Source: a virus. From it: a DNA stretch of 64,000 nt. Shown piece after piece: positions 39,862-49,184 of this stretch (within the stretch, counting starts at the first letter, position 1; each line of letters begins with the position of its first letter). Made by a program: the position numbers and the translations under genes. The stretch is from IMG/VR virus record IMGVR_UViG_3300015360_000041, positions 2,900 through 66,899 of that record. The stretch is one strand, 5' to 3'. The notes below the pieces were generated by a model that saw only the letters and a list, made by a program, of their open reading frames with translations, searched no databases and was not told the origin of the DNA.

Positions 39862-39888
39862 TTAGAAATACTATCATTTGTTTTTTTT

Positions 39889-39917
39889 AAACCCAGGCCG
39901 AAACGTCTGGGTTTTTT
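39889..39917 (+). terminator. attenuator terminator upstream of the tRNA cluster
   Basis: AAACCCAGGC-CGAAAC-GTCTGGGTTT then TTT; its 5' arm is complementary to GCCTGG (39837-39842) in the leader ORF. Confidence 0.85.
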
Positions 39918-39975
39918 ATTTTATAGCAGTTTACATGAGCAACGTTCTGAAAATTAAAAATTGGAGCTCGACATT

Positions 39976-40065
39976 GGAAGGTGTAGCAGTCTCATGGAGA
40001 GGCGATTAGTTTTGAAAACTAAACAGCGGGTAATGCCGCTCGGGGGTCGGGTCCTCCACTTTCCG
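39976..40065 (+). tRNA. tRNA-Ser(UGA)
   Basis: GGAAGGT/ACTTTCC acceptor, TTAGT-TTTGAAA-ACTAA anticodon arm, long variable arm, G73; atypical T-loop; no encoded CCA. Confidence 0.85.
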
Positions 40066-40084
40066 CAGTGAACATGATTGTAAT

Positions 40085-40157
40085 GCAGACATGGTGTAAG
40101 TGGAAACACGTTGGGATTCTAACCCAAAGACTCTGAGTTCGAATCTTGGTGTCTGCG
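40085..40157 (+). tRNA. tRNA-Arg(UCU)
   Basis: GCAGACA/TGTCTGC acceptor, TTGGG-ATTCTAA-CCCAA, GTTCGAATC. Confidence 0.9.
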
Positions 40158-40196
40158 CAAGATTTTCGTATTAGATTACAAATACGATTGAGTAAT

Positions 40197-40282
40197 GGAA
40201 AAGCCAACTGTTGGGGAAACAGACTTGCCTGCTAAGCAACGTGTCCGGGAAACCGGATTGGGGTCGGAACCCAGGTTTTCCG
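40197..40282 (+). tRNA. tRNA-Ser(GCU)
   Basis: GGAAAA/TTTTCC acceptor, TTGC-CTGCTAA-GCAA, TCCGG-GAAA-CCGGA variable arm, G73. Confidence 0.85.
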
Positions 40283-40291
40283 CGTGAATAT

Positions 40292-40362
40292 GTGTCTATA
40301 GTTTAATGGAAGAACGGAAGAATACGAATCTTTTGGTCTGGGTTCGAATCCTAGTTGACACA
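40292..40362 (+). tRNA. tRNA-Arg(ACG)
   Basis: GTGTC/GACAC acceptor, GAAGA-ATACGAA-TCTTT, GGTTCGAATCC. Confidence 0.88.
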
Positions 40363-40377
40363 CAATAAAACATAAAA

Positions 40378-40803
40378 CTAATTAACGTTACCTAACGAAT
40401 TACTATCAATCTTCACTGAATTTATTTGTGTCGGATTCACATTCCCCTGTAATTTTACCTTGTCTCGTGTTACGGCATCATTGACGTTTTTAAAATCCGG
40501 CACCGTAGATTTTGTAACTTCCGGGTTAACATTGTCGTCGGACAATTTCTCTAATTTTATCTTAGTTTCATCGGTCACATTCAAATTCGATGGCTCTAAT
40601 TTCTCTGTTTTTTTTACAACGGCGTTCAAATTATCTTTTTCCAACTTCGATTTCGTTGATTTAGAACTTGCCGTGTTTAAAGTCTCGTTCTTGAGTTTCT
40701 TTTTTTCTGCAGGTTTATCACTAATATTGCTGTCGTCCAACACAGATTTGCGTATTTTTGATTGGTCGTCCTTATTAAGGTTTGAGTTAATTTTGTTTGT
40801 CAT
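40378..40803 (-). CDS. hypothetical low-complexity Lys/Asn/Ser-rich protein
   Basis: AATATATAA motif upstream on the minus strand. Confidence 0.5.
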   Translation of the reverse strand: MTNKINSNLNKDDQSKIRKSVLDDSNISDKPAEKKKLKNETLNTASSKSTKSKLEKDNLNAVVKKTEKLEPSNLNVTDETKIKLEKLSDDNVNPEVTKSTVPDFKNVNDAVTRDKVKLQGNVNPTQINSVKIDSNSLGNVN

Positions 40804-40856
40804 TAAACTTTTCGGTTATTATTTACAATAATGTTATATATTAAAATTATACCATT

Positions 40857-41873
40857 ATGAGGTTATATATAACGGAATCGTCCGTACAGACGATGACATC
40901 ATTCTTCAAATATTCCGATATTGAGATAGTCAACAATCCGCAGACGTATTTCATGCGTAACAAACAGCATTTCAACTTCGACGCTGTCCTGATACTGGAC
41001 GGAACCCCCGGAAACGATGCTACACTGAACATGGCCAGGCTTGCAGGCGTGCCGGTCTATGGCATACACAGGTACGACAAGACCGAACAGTCGGTCATGA
41101 TGAGCGCGGCGAGCATCAACATGCCAGACACGTGGTTCTCGGGGTACCTGAATAATTGCAACGATTTCGTGTCGTTGATGAAAGACGTCAAAGACGATGA
41201 ACGAGTGATAATAAAATACAGCCTCGGCGCGAGGGGTTTCGGTCAGATACTGCTGACTAAACGCGAGCTGATCGACTTGTTCGACAGCGACGACGATGTA
41301 TTAGTCAGATTGCTCGGCGAATCGTATTCGAAAGCACACTGCACGGACGAAGGTTTGGAGCAAACGACGGCAAAGAAACTGTCGGAGACAGATAAGCAAC
41401 TCGAGAAATTCAAGAATATCAAGATAAATAAACACGACTGTCTCTTGAGCGCCATAAGACGCCGTAATGATTTAATAGTGCAGAGATACATACCGAACAG
41501 AGTCGAGTGGCGGATGCTCTGGTTTTACGACCAATTTCCAATCCTGGTGAGACGGAATTTCGACGACGGTACTTGGCAAGCCAATGCGTGCAATAACACG
41601 TCTGGGTCGTCCACTGTCGTCGATATGCGAGAATTGAAGGACTATGCCATAGACTACGAAAAGATCGACGGGTTTTTCAGTGAGATGAATGCGCCGTTCA
41701 TGAGCGTGGACATATATTACGATACAGACACTCACCAATGGGGGCTATTCGAGTTCCAGATGGAATTCGGGTGGACCAACACTGTGGGCATGGACTCGAG
41801 TTCTCTCAGTGTCAAGATGACAGAGGCTGTACATTCCATAACTAACAAACAAAAGCACACTCTCGCAGTATAA
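40857..41873 (+). CDS. ATP-grasp fold protein (RimK-like)
   Basis: IIKYSLGARGFGQ, VQRYI...EWR, WQAN, MSVDI, LFEFQ. Confidence 0.7.
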   Translation: MRLYITESSVQTMTSFFKYSDIEIVNNPQTYFMRNKQHFNFDAVLILDGTPGNDATLNMARLAGVPVYGIHRYDKTEQSVMMSAASINMPDTWFSGYLNNCNDFVSLMKDVKDDERVIIKYSLGARGFGQILLTKRELIDLFDSDDDVLVRLLGESYSKAHCTDEGLEQTTAKKLSETDKQLEKFKNIKINKHDCLLSAIRRRNDLIVQRYIPNRVEWRMLWFYDQFPILVRRNFDDGTWQANACNNTSGSSTVVDMRELKDYAIDYEKIDGFFSEMNAPFMSVDIYYDTDTHQWGLFEFQMEFGWTNTVGMDSSSLSVKMTEAVHSITNKQKHTLAV

Positions 41874-41878
41874 TAGAC

Positions 41879-42169
41879 ATGGGTGAAGAATTATTTATAA
41901 ATATTTGGGACGCGTTATATGACTGGTCTATCAAGTCTAAGCATTTATATTTTTCGGGCATAGACGTTACGAAATATGATAAATTGCCATACGATATAAT
42001 AATAAAATTGTTATCATGTCATTTTGATGAACCGCAAATAGATTTGATAATCTGGTCCATATATGACGAAACCCCAGAGCTTGCAATAAATGAAGACCAA
42101 AAAATATTAGTTGATAATGCGCATACCTGCTGGGAATATATAAATAAATTAAACACTCAAAAATTATGA
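41879..42169 (+). CDS. hypothetical protein
   Basis: Co-oriented ORF. Confidence 0.5.
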   Translation: MGEELFINIWDALYDWSIKSKHLYFSGIDVTKYDKLPYDIIIKLLSCHFDEPQIDLIIWSIYDETPELAINEDQKILVDNAHTCWEYINKLNTQKL

Positions 42170-42495
42170 AATATAAAGTAGAAATGTTTTACACATTAAA
42201 TGAAGACACGACATTCAGATATGACATGAATTGCAAAACATTCATAGAGTATGTGGCTAACGGTGTTATTATCGTAGCTGACACTTATTTGGTGCAAGTT
42301 AAATTGCAAATACTATCTTTATTAATTGAATATTCAGAATATACATCTATCCCGGCAATATTGCCTGCGTCATTCGATGTCAGAGTGTCAGAGTTATTAG
42401 GTGTAAACAATTTGATAAGTGCAATAATCCCAAATACTCAAGTGCCTAGTGACTTGATACTTGTGTATCAAGGTCCATTAGTAGACATGTTATAG
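42166..42495 (+). CDS. hypothetical protein
   Basis: ATGA overlap. Confidence 0.5.
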   Translation: MKYKVEMFYTLNEDTTFRYDMNCKTFIEYVANGVIIVADTYLVQVKLQILSLLIEYSEYTSIPAILPASFDVRVSELLGVNNLISAIIPNTQVPSDLILVYQGPLVDML

Positions 42496-42532
42496 AAATA
42501 AACAAATAAACAAATACATAAACAAATACAAG

Positions 42533-43414
42533 ATGAATAACTATTTAGATTTTTTGATTGATCTTTGGAAAATAACCAAAGAAGACGGCGGTTTCAGAGC
42601 GTATTCCGCGTTGATTGCTAAACATAAAGTTAACAGGAGCATTTCAGTCGTTCTCGGCGAAGACTTAGAATGGGTCAGTGATGACGGAAAGTTGTACATC
42701 TGGTCCGGAAAGAAACCGACTAAAAAAGACGCAGAGACCGCACACTTGATGCTGAAGAACCGCATAATGAAGCAGAAGAAAGACGCAGTCAAATTGGGAA
42801 AAATAGAAATCAAAAAATCAGACGATGTATTCCTTAACCGTCTCGCCAAACGCGGCGTAGACATGTCTAAGAAGACTGATAAGCTAGTGTGCGAGATTGC
42901 AGATTTGGGTGAGAGTATAAGCAACATGACAGTGCCATTAGTCAAGATTGATGATGCGACAAAACTCCCGTACACTGACGACGAGCTGAACAATGACGTC
43001 AATAACCTGTTGGACGAGACGATCAAGGGAATTGCCGAAACCTTACGTATACTGGAACAGAATTACGCGCAATCAGAGCAGCAATTGAAAACGGAGCAGC
43101 AATTGAAAACGGAGCGTGAAAGATATTTCGACGAGATTGACAGATTGACTAGCGCTAATGAATCGTTGGCAGCGCAGATGACCAATCTGAACGTGATAAA
43201 CTCGGAAGTGCGTGAGAAGCTGACAAATTGCGTGAATCGTATAGAAGTATTGGACAACGAGAATGCGCAGATGAGAAATCACATCAATTCGCTGCACACA
43301 CAGTTGGAAGAGCGCAACGACAATCTGTCAGAGACTAGAAAATTGTTACATGACGCGAATTATGAAATAGACAACACACTAATAAACAGGATAAAAAAAT
43401 GGAGCCGCAGATAA
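42533..43414 (+). CDS. hypothetical coiled-coil protein
   Basis: Heptad-rich C-terminal half; internal 18-nt tandem duplication (EQQLKT x2, 43076-43111). Confidence 0.6.
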   Translation: MNNYLDFLIDLWKITKEDGGFRAYSALIAKHKVNRSISVVLGEDLEWVSDDGKLYIWSGKKPTKKDAETAHLMLKNRIMKQKKDAVKLGKIEIKKSDDVFLNRLAKRGVDMSKKTDKLVCEIADLGESISNMTVPLVKIDDATKLPYTDDELNNDVNNLLDETIKGIAETLRILEQNYAQSEQQLKTEQQLKTERERYFDEIDRLTSANESLAAQMTNLNVINSEVREKLTNCVNRIEVLDNENAQMRNHINSLHTQLEERNDNLSETRKLLHDANYEIDNTLINRIKKWSRR

Positions 43415-43558
43415 TATTCATGATACTGCAGTTGCTGAGTTCTATGGTGACTTTCGCTGCTTATGCTAAAGAAAATAAATGGAAGGAATTGAAGTGGTAC
43501 GTAATAGGACTCATCATAACCAACGCATTGTTGATTTGGGGCGGGTTCTATGTGCCGC

Positions 43559-44347
43559 TTATGCGCTAGCTGGAACGTCCGCTAAAATAATAATGTTATT
43601 TTGAAACCACTCAGAGCACTTATCATTGATGAGTGCTTTGTTAGTTTTGTACAGGTCCTTGAAGTACTGTTTGACTCTCTGACTACTTGCTTCCAAGAAA
43701 CTCGCACGCCAATCGTTTATGACTTCTATGAACTTTATGTCCATATCATTGTCTGTAGGATAGTCTAGGAACTGGTATAATTGTAATTTGTAATCGTTAT
43801 CAGAAGCCAATACATCAGAGGACACTTCCTCTTTCATCAAGTTCAACAGAGGTTTCCGTATACCGTTTTTAGTATTGTGACCTTTCTTAATTATCTTCTT
43901 GAGTTGTTTCCTGTTGACCTTAGGTATTATCTCAAGACCGAAAGAATTAGCCAGCAATACAGAAGAACCTCCGCCGAAACTACCAATATCGCCTGAACCT
44001 GCAGAACTAGGTACTCCTGGAGTGCCAGACATTCCAGCACTCGATACGGCACCCATGTCCTCGACTATGCTCATTATGTCAGACTCTTTCACCAACCTGT
44101 CCATTAACCCACCGATTTGGTGTTTAAGGTCTTTTTCTGACACTGCGCACCTGATCATGAACTTATCTGTCACACAATCCTTGAATAGCGATAAAGGCAA
44201 CCTAATTACCTTATAGAGGAAATAATCCTTGTTTGCACCCTCGTAATACATGATGCGCACTTTAATATCTTGCCCGTCAATGTTTTTAACGTCAAAATAC
44301 CACTTATTGTTTATAAACAGCTGGTCGCCAGATTTTATGTTGTCCAT
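43559..44347 (-). CDS. hypothetical protein (possible virion protein)
   Basis: Late-type motif upstream; Gly/Ser-rich GTPG..GSGD linker. Confidence 0.55.
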   Translation of the reverse strand: MDNIKSGDQLFINNKWYFDVKNIDGQDIKVRIMYYEGANKDYFLYKVIRLPLSLFKDCVTDKFMIRCAVSEKDLKHQIGGLMDRLVKESDIMSIVEDMGAVSSAGMSGTPGVPSSAGSGDIGSFGGGSSVLLANSFGLEIIPKVNRKQLKKIIKKGHNTKNGIRKPLLNLMKEEVSSDVLASDNDYKLQLYQFLDYPTDNDMDIKFIEVINDWRASFLEASSQRVKQYFKDLYKTNKALINDKCSEWFQNNIIILADVPASA

Positions 44348-44407
44348 ATCATATATATTTTTTATTTGACATTAAAAAGACACATAATTGTGTAAAACGA
44401 TATAATT

Positions 44408-45319
44408 ATGGCGAAAGGTCACATAACATTACACAATACTATCATCACTGTAAATAACAGGGAGATATATAATTTATACATGCAGGAAATAAGACATTTC
44501 AGTAAATTGACGAGGGATGAAGAGTTTGAATATTTCAGGCAGTTGCGAGCAGGTAATACGAAAATGCACAACGAACTGATAAGTCGAAATTTATTATTTG
44601 TGATTTCTGTCGCAAAACAATATCAGGGATTGGCGCACGGCGCGTTGACGCTAGAAGACCTGATAGCCGAAGGAAATGTCGGCCTATGCCTGGCTATAGA
44701 CAGATATGACTATACTAAGGGTCACAAGTTTATTTCCTATGCAGTATTCTGGATTAAGCACGCGATTTTGGGTTGTCTTAGAGATAATATCAAAAACATA
44801 AGGGTTCCACAAAACAGACAAGCGATATTACACAAGCTAAACCAGCTCGAGAGAGAGATGGAGCAGCAACAAGATTATCACATCGACGTGACTACATTAG
44901 CACTGCGTGCTGTAGAACTAGGATTACTTAGCGAACAAGATGCCGTATCAAATTTGTCGCGATTGAAAAATGATTGTGTAGACACTCGGTCATTTTCAAA
45001 ACCGATAAACAACCATAGCACTGGCGAAGAACTGACATTATTGGACGTTCTCACAGATGACAATTCTTTAGCGCCTGACGCGAGACTGCATGATGTAGAT
45101 ATGAAGAGCGGTATTCAGGTTATGTTAAATACATTACCAGAGCATGTCAAATGCATGATTGAGCTATACCACGGAATTAACACGTACAAGTCTTTGAACT
45201 ATAAACAGATTGGTATGGTGTGCGATTTAACGTCCGAGAGAATCAGACAGCTTATAAACAAATATACGCGCAAGCTCTCTCGTAATTTCAGTGAAGAAAA
45301 AGAATACATGATGACATAA
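44408..45319 (+). CDS. sigma-70 family RNA polymerase sigma factor (RpoD/Bacteroidota primary-like)
   Basis: NLLFVISVAKQYQ, DLIAEGNVGL, KFISYAVFWI, region 4 LTSERIRQ. Confidence 0.92.
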   Translation: MAKGHITLHNTIITVNNREIYNLYMQEIRHFSKLTRDEEFEYFRQLRAGNTKMHNELISRNLLFVISVAKQYQGLAHGALTLEDLIAEGNVGLCLAIDRYDYTKGHKFISYAVFWIKHAILGCLRDNIKNIRVPQNRQAILHKLNQLEREMEQQQDYHIDVTTLALRAVELGLLSEQDAVSNLSRLKNDCVDTRSFSKPINNHSTGEELTLLDVLTDDNSLAPDARLHDVDMKSGIQVMLNTLPEHVKCMIELYHGINTYKSLNYKQIGMVCDLTSERIRQLINKYTRKLSRNFSEEKEYMMT

Positions 45320-45381
45320 CGTAAAAATACACAAAATGATAATTAATTTTTTATTTCGTTAATAATTCATATATTTGTAAA

Positions 45382-45978
45382 ATGAAGACTGCATACATCC
45401 TAAGAGGAATACCAGGTTGCGGCAAATCGTCTCTGTCGGACGAGTTGCATTCAAACGCATCGATGACGGGCAGAACCGCATTAATTTGCAGTTCTGATGA
45501 TTTCTTCATGGACCACGATGGTAAATACAACTGGGATTTTGACAAACTCGGTCACGCACATATGTGGTGTAAGCAAGAGTTTAAGAACGGTATTGCCGAA
45601 GGCATAGACGTGGTAATTGTCTCTAACACGAACATACACACGTCCGACGTCAAGGCATACCACGACGTCGCCAAGGACGGCGGATACATGGTATTCGTTT
45701 TGACCGTCGAAAACTGGCACGACGGTACGGACATACACGATGTGGCGATAGAAGTGAAACTCGCCATGTCTGACACTCTCAGACAGAATATCAAAGGGTT
45801 CGCGATGCCAATGGTCGACGTGAAAGGCACCATGAAACCCAAGTACAAACGCAACAAAGACACAAACCTCTACGAGGTCTTCGACTACACAAAACAAGAA
45901 GTTGCCAGGGCGAGACGTGTGTACACGGCAGAAGAGATTGAAGAGTTGAAACGGTTGTCAAAAAAAACAAATAAATAA
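45382..45978 (+). CDS. P-loop kinase (AAA_33 / polynucleotide-kinase-like)
   Basis: ILRGIPGCGKS, SSDDFF, AHMWC, VIVSNTN, IHDV. Confidence 0.8.
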   Translation: MKTAYILRGIPGCGKSSLSDELHSNASMTGRTALICSSDDFFMDHDGKYNWDFDKLGHAHMWCKQEFKNGIAEGIDVVIVSNTNIHTSDVKAYHDVAKDGGYMVFVLTVENWHDGTDIHDVAIEVKLAMSDTLRQNIKGFAMPMVDVKGTMKPKYKRNKDTNLYEVFDYTKQEVARARRVYTAEEIEELKRLSKKTNK

Positions 45979-45982
45979 ATAT

Positions 45983-46597
45983 ATGAAAACAATTTCCAAA
46001 TTTATCCGGTACTGGGTGTACATAATCTATTACTACACCACGATCTGTTTCAGTTACGTGAAACACTACAGAGAACCTAAATTACGTTACTTTTACAAGG
46101 CACGACTTTTCGCGTTGACTACACACCACAACGTGAGACAGAGTTACGACGGTTACCCGTACTTCTATCACATCGACATGGTCATGAAGTTTGCGCTGAA
46201 GTTCTCGCACATCATGGACAACAACATCAACGTCGTCATCGGTGCCATATTCCACGACTTGATAGAGGACTGCAGGCTGACTTACAACGACGTCAAAGAT
46301 GAATGGGGAGTGGAAGTCGCTGACATAGTCTTCGCGTGTACCGAACTGCGCGGCAAGAACCGGGAAGAGAGACACGGTAAAGAGTACTATGATTTACTAC
46401 AGACCACGGAAGAGGGTTCGTTCGTCAAGATTTGCGACGTTATCGCTAACATGACACAGGGCACGAATACAGGTTCTGGCATGTTGAAGAAATATCGTGT
46501 CGGTTATGCGAAATTTAAAGTGCTGTTGTACAGAGACAAGTTCAAAGAGATGTTCGATTATATCGAATCAAACTTACTGGAAGACAAGAAAACATAA
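45983..46597 (+). CDS. HD-domain (p)ppGpp hydrolase-like protein (MESH1/SpoT type)
   Basis: H..Q...PYFYH, FHDLIED, VKICDVIAN. Confidence 0.8.
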   Translation: MKTISKFIRYWVYIIYYYTTICFSYVKHYREPKLRYFYKARLFALTTHHNVRQSYDGYPYFYHIDMVMKFALKFSHIMDNNINVVIGAIFHDLIEDCRLTYNDVKDEWGVEVADIVFACTELRGKNREERHGKEYYDLLQTTEEGSFVKICDVIANMTQGTNTGSGMLKKYRVGYAKFKVLLYRDKFKEMFDYIESNLLEDKKT

Positions 46598-46609
46598 AAA
46601 CATAAAAAC

Positions 46610-46861
46610 ATGATTTGGTCAGTAATTAAATTAATATTCGCATTATCACATATTGTTAGTGCAACCGTATGTAACGCTATAACTTGGACTGTATATTTCG
46701 GATGGGACAGAGACATATATCAAATGTATTGGACCGACAAGAAAACGAACATACAGTACACTTACCGCATTAATGCGTTTGCATGGGCGTTCAGAGTAAA
46801 ACGTCTAGCAGATTCAGCATTCGACATAACTAACAACCAGCACGTGACCGATAAAAAATAG
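46610..46861 (+). CDS. hypothetical membrane protein
   Basis: Hydrophobic N-terminus. Confidence 0.45.
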   Translation: MIWSVIKLIFALSHIVSATVCNAITWTVYFGWDRDIYQMYWTDKKTNIQYTYRINAFAWAFRVKRLADSAFDITNNQHVTDKK

Positions 46862-46979
46862 TCTCACTTTAATGTTGTATAATTATTTTAAATCATATGC
46901 ATAACAAAGAACGACTTGAAGAAGATTTTACTGGGCACAGATATGAACAGAATTAAACTAAAACCACGTGTATAACATT

Positions 46980-47600
46980 ATGAAGAAAACTGAGATATTA
47001 ATCGTCGGCATCACGGGACTTATGGGTTCTGGTAAAAGCCACATAAGTCATATATTTGGAGAATGCGGCGCGATCATATACAACACTGATATAGTGTCAA
47101 GAGCCGTACAGATGAAGAACCAGGACTTGAAAACAAAACTCGTTGAAAAGTTTGGCGAAAAGTATTATGACGGGAAATTAATCAACGTCGAATATGCCAA
47201 ATCGCTGCTGTATGCAGGGACGCCGGAGTCTACGGAAAATCTGGAGTGGGTAACAACAGTCGTTGGCGAGTGTGTCAGACAGAATCTGTCAGAATACAAG
47301 AAGTCATTGGAAGACGCGGGCATCGAGAACTACATTCTCGTCGAATCTGCGATATTGTTCGAGACCGGTCTTGATAAGCACTGTGATTTAATAATCGGCG
47401 TTAAATCAACTAGCCCCATAGTCGCGACATACGGAAGGGATTACACGACCAAAGAGGAGTGGAAGATACGCATGGCGACGCAACTACCTGAATGTGATAA
47501 AAAATACGATTTCGTCATAGGCAACGAGTACAACAACGCTGTGGAAGCCAAGGTGCGAAAGGTTCACGAAGAAATAATGGAAAAATATTTCACAGATTAA
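46980..47600 (+). CDS. coaE: dephospho-CoA kinase
   Basis: VGITGLMGSGKS, YNTD, VESAILFE, RMATQL, DFVI.N. Confidence 0.85.
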   Translation: MKKTEILIVGITGLMGSGKSHISHIFGECGAIIYNTDIVSRAVQMKNQDLKTKLVEKFGEKYYDGKLINVEYAKSLLYAGTPESTENLEWVTTVVGECVRQNLSEYKKSLEDAGIENYILVESAILFETGLDKHCDLIIGVKSTSPIVATYGRDYTTKEEWKIRMATQLPECDKKYDFVIGNEYNNAVEAKVRKVHEEIMEKYFTD

Positions 47601-47623
47601 AATATTATTGCTATATTTACATC

Positions 47624-48142
47624 ATGAAAACTATTTTTTATCATACAACAGGTACACGGTTCAAAATCGGAGATGTCATCGGTGGTCCGGGCAAGATAGT
47701 TTTCCTGCACACGAACCCAGTTCCACACGGAACGATACAGTCGATAGTCGCGGGCGGTTTCGCGTCGCACTCCAGTTATAATGCAGCAAGCAATAAAGCC
47801 TGGAATGATTATCAAATCGCTAAAATTGAATTCGATAAGACGAAAATCGGCGAAGCCCCAGTGTGTCCGTCAGATATATCGAACCCCAAACCCGTACCGC
47901 TTTTCGTGTACGAGATGAAACCTTACAACAAACCTGTATTCGGCAGCTGTAACGACGAGTATATCGTGTTCGACGATTTCGTCGAGGTCGTGCGCGTCGT
48001 TGGAAACGCAAAAGGCATACTGGACAACTTCAAGCAAAAATTTGGCGACGGTGCCAAGGCTTACCATTTCGGAGGCAAGGCGCGCAAGCCTAAGGGTCAC
48101 GGCAAGGTAAGAACAAACTCAAATTACTCAAATGAATACTAA
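47624..48142 (+). CDS. hypothetical protein, possible Arr-like ADP-ribosyltransferase fold
   Basis: FYHTT..FKIGDVI.GPG and VYEMKP weakly recall Arr. Confidence 0.3.
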   Translation: MKTIFYHTTGTRFKIGDVIGGPGKIVFLHTNPVPHGTIQSIVAGGFASHSSYNAASNKAWNDYQIAKIEFDKTKIGEAPVCPSDISNPKPVPLFVYEMKPYNKPVFGSCNDEYIVFDDFVEVVRVVGNAKGILDNFKQKFGDGAKAYHFGGKARKPKGHGKVRTNSNYSNEY

Positions 48143-48374
48143 AGAAATACAGATCGGCGATGTCATAGAGATGTTCAACTGTACCGGGTCTTCGGACAGG
48201 GCGACAGAGCGTACTTATATCATAGACCGCGTGACTAAGACGTTGGCAAAAAGCGGCGAAATGCGATTCAATAGAGTGGCAGAACAGTGGCAAAAAGACG
48301 GAGAATATCTTGTCAAACACGTCGACGAAAGACGATGGTCTGTAAATGGACACAGATTACTAAAAACTGAGTAG
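48132..48374 (+). CDS. hypothetical protein
   Basis: Overlapping co-oriented ORF. Confidence 0.5.
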   Translation: MNTKEIQIGDVIEMFNCTGSSDRATERTYIIDRVTKTLAKSGEMRFNRVAEQWQKDGEYLVKHVDERRWSVNGHRLLKTE

Positions 48375-49184
48375 ATGAACATACACTTCACAGACAAGGG
48401 ATTATTCGATAATCTCAAGAACGCGACTCTCGCGAAAGTGAGGGTCGGTTCTCATTTATACGGAACCAACACTGAGAAATCGGATGAAGATTTTTTGTAC
48501 ATCTACGCGACGTCTGAAAACGAGCTCAAGTCCTTCGTGTGGACCAACCACCAGCTGCAGTACAAGGAAGAAGGCGTCGACCACAATTTCGTGTCGCTGC
48601 ACACGTTCGTCAGGAACATCATAAACGGCGACAGTACCATAAACTTCGAGGTCGTACATTCGGAGGAGCTGAAGAACACGTTATTGGGTTTCATGCACGT
48701 GTACAGAGACTATTTCAACACGTACACTATAATCAGGAGCTATAACGGCTTCGCGAGACGCGACTGCAAGCACTTCACGAAGGCGACGACGCCATACGAG
48801 AAACGCAAGCGGTTCGGGCACATAGTCAGGGGATACGTATATGCAAAGCTGTTGATGAACAGGGAATTCAAATTCAATATCGCGAACTACGCCTTTGTGA
48901 AGGTGTTAGATGAGATTATTGCGGAAGACGGAGATATAACAATGAACCACATCAATAAGTTCAAGGTTTTGCTGGACGAACAGCGCAAGGAACTGAACGC
49001 GATGCTTGAACTCAAATCTGTCAAAATGGCGAAGATGATGGATGTCACAGACGCGACCGATATGGAAGTGTCCATGAGGTTGGTCCAAGACACGGCCGAG
49101 TTCAAGGGCAAACAGAGACGGTTGAAAGATTTCGACATGACAATATTTATTAACGCTTTTGAAAATTGGGTCAGCTATGATTAG
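48375..49184 (+). CDS. Pol-beta superfamily nucleotidyltransferase (RlaP-like)
   Basis: VGSHLYGTNTEKSDED. Confidence 0.8.
   Translation: MNIHFTDKGLFDNLKNATLAKVRVGSHLYGTNTEKSDEDFLYIYATSENELKSFVWTNHQLQYKEEGVDHNFVSLHTFVRNIINGDSTINFEVVHSEELKNTLLGFMHVYRDYFNTYTIIRSYNGFARRDCKHFTKATTPYEKRKRFGHIVRGYVYAKLLMNREFKFNIANYAFVKVLDEIIAEDGDITMNHINKFKVLLDEQRKELNAMLELKSVKMAKMMDVTDATDMEVSMRLVQDTAEFKGKQRRLKDFDMTIFINAFENWVSYD

Noticed and set aside
39976-40065. tRNA-Sec or opal suppressor
   Set aside because: The anticodon is UGA (reads UCA, Ser), not UCA
40085-40157. Amber suppressor tRNA (CTA visible in the loop)
   Set aside because: The TTGGG/CCCAA stem fixes a 7-nt loop ATTCTAA with TCT centred, so it is Arg
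40019-40207. 62-aa minus-strand ORF
   Set aside because: Antisense shadow of tRNA genes
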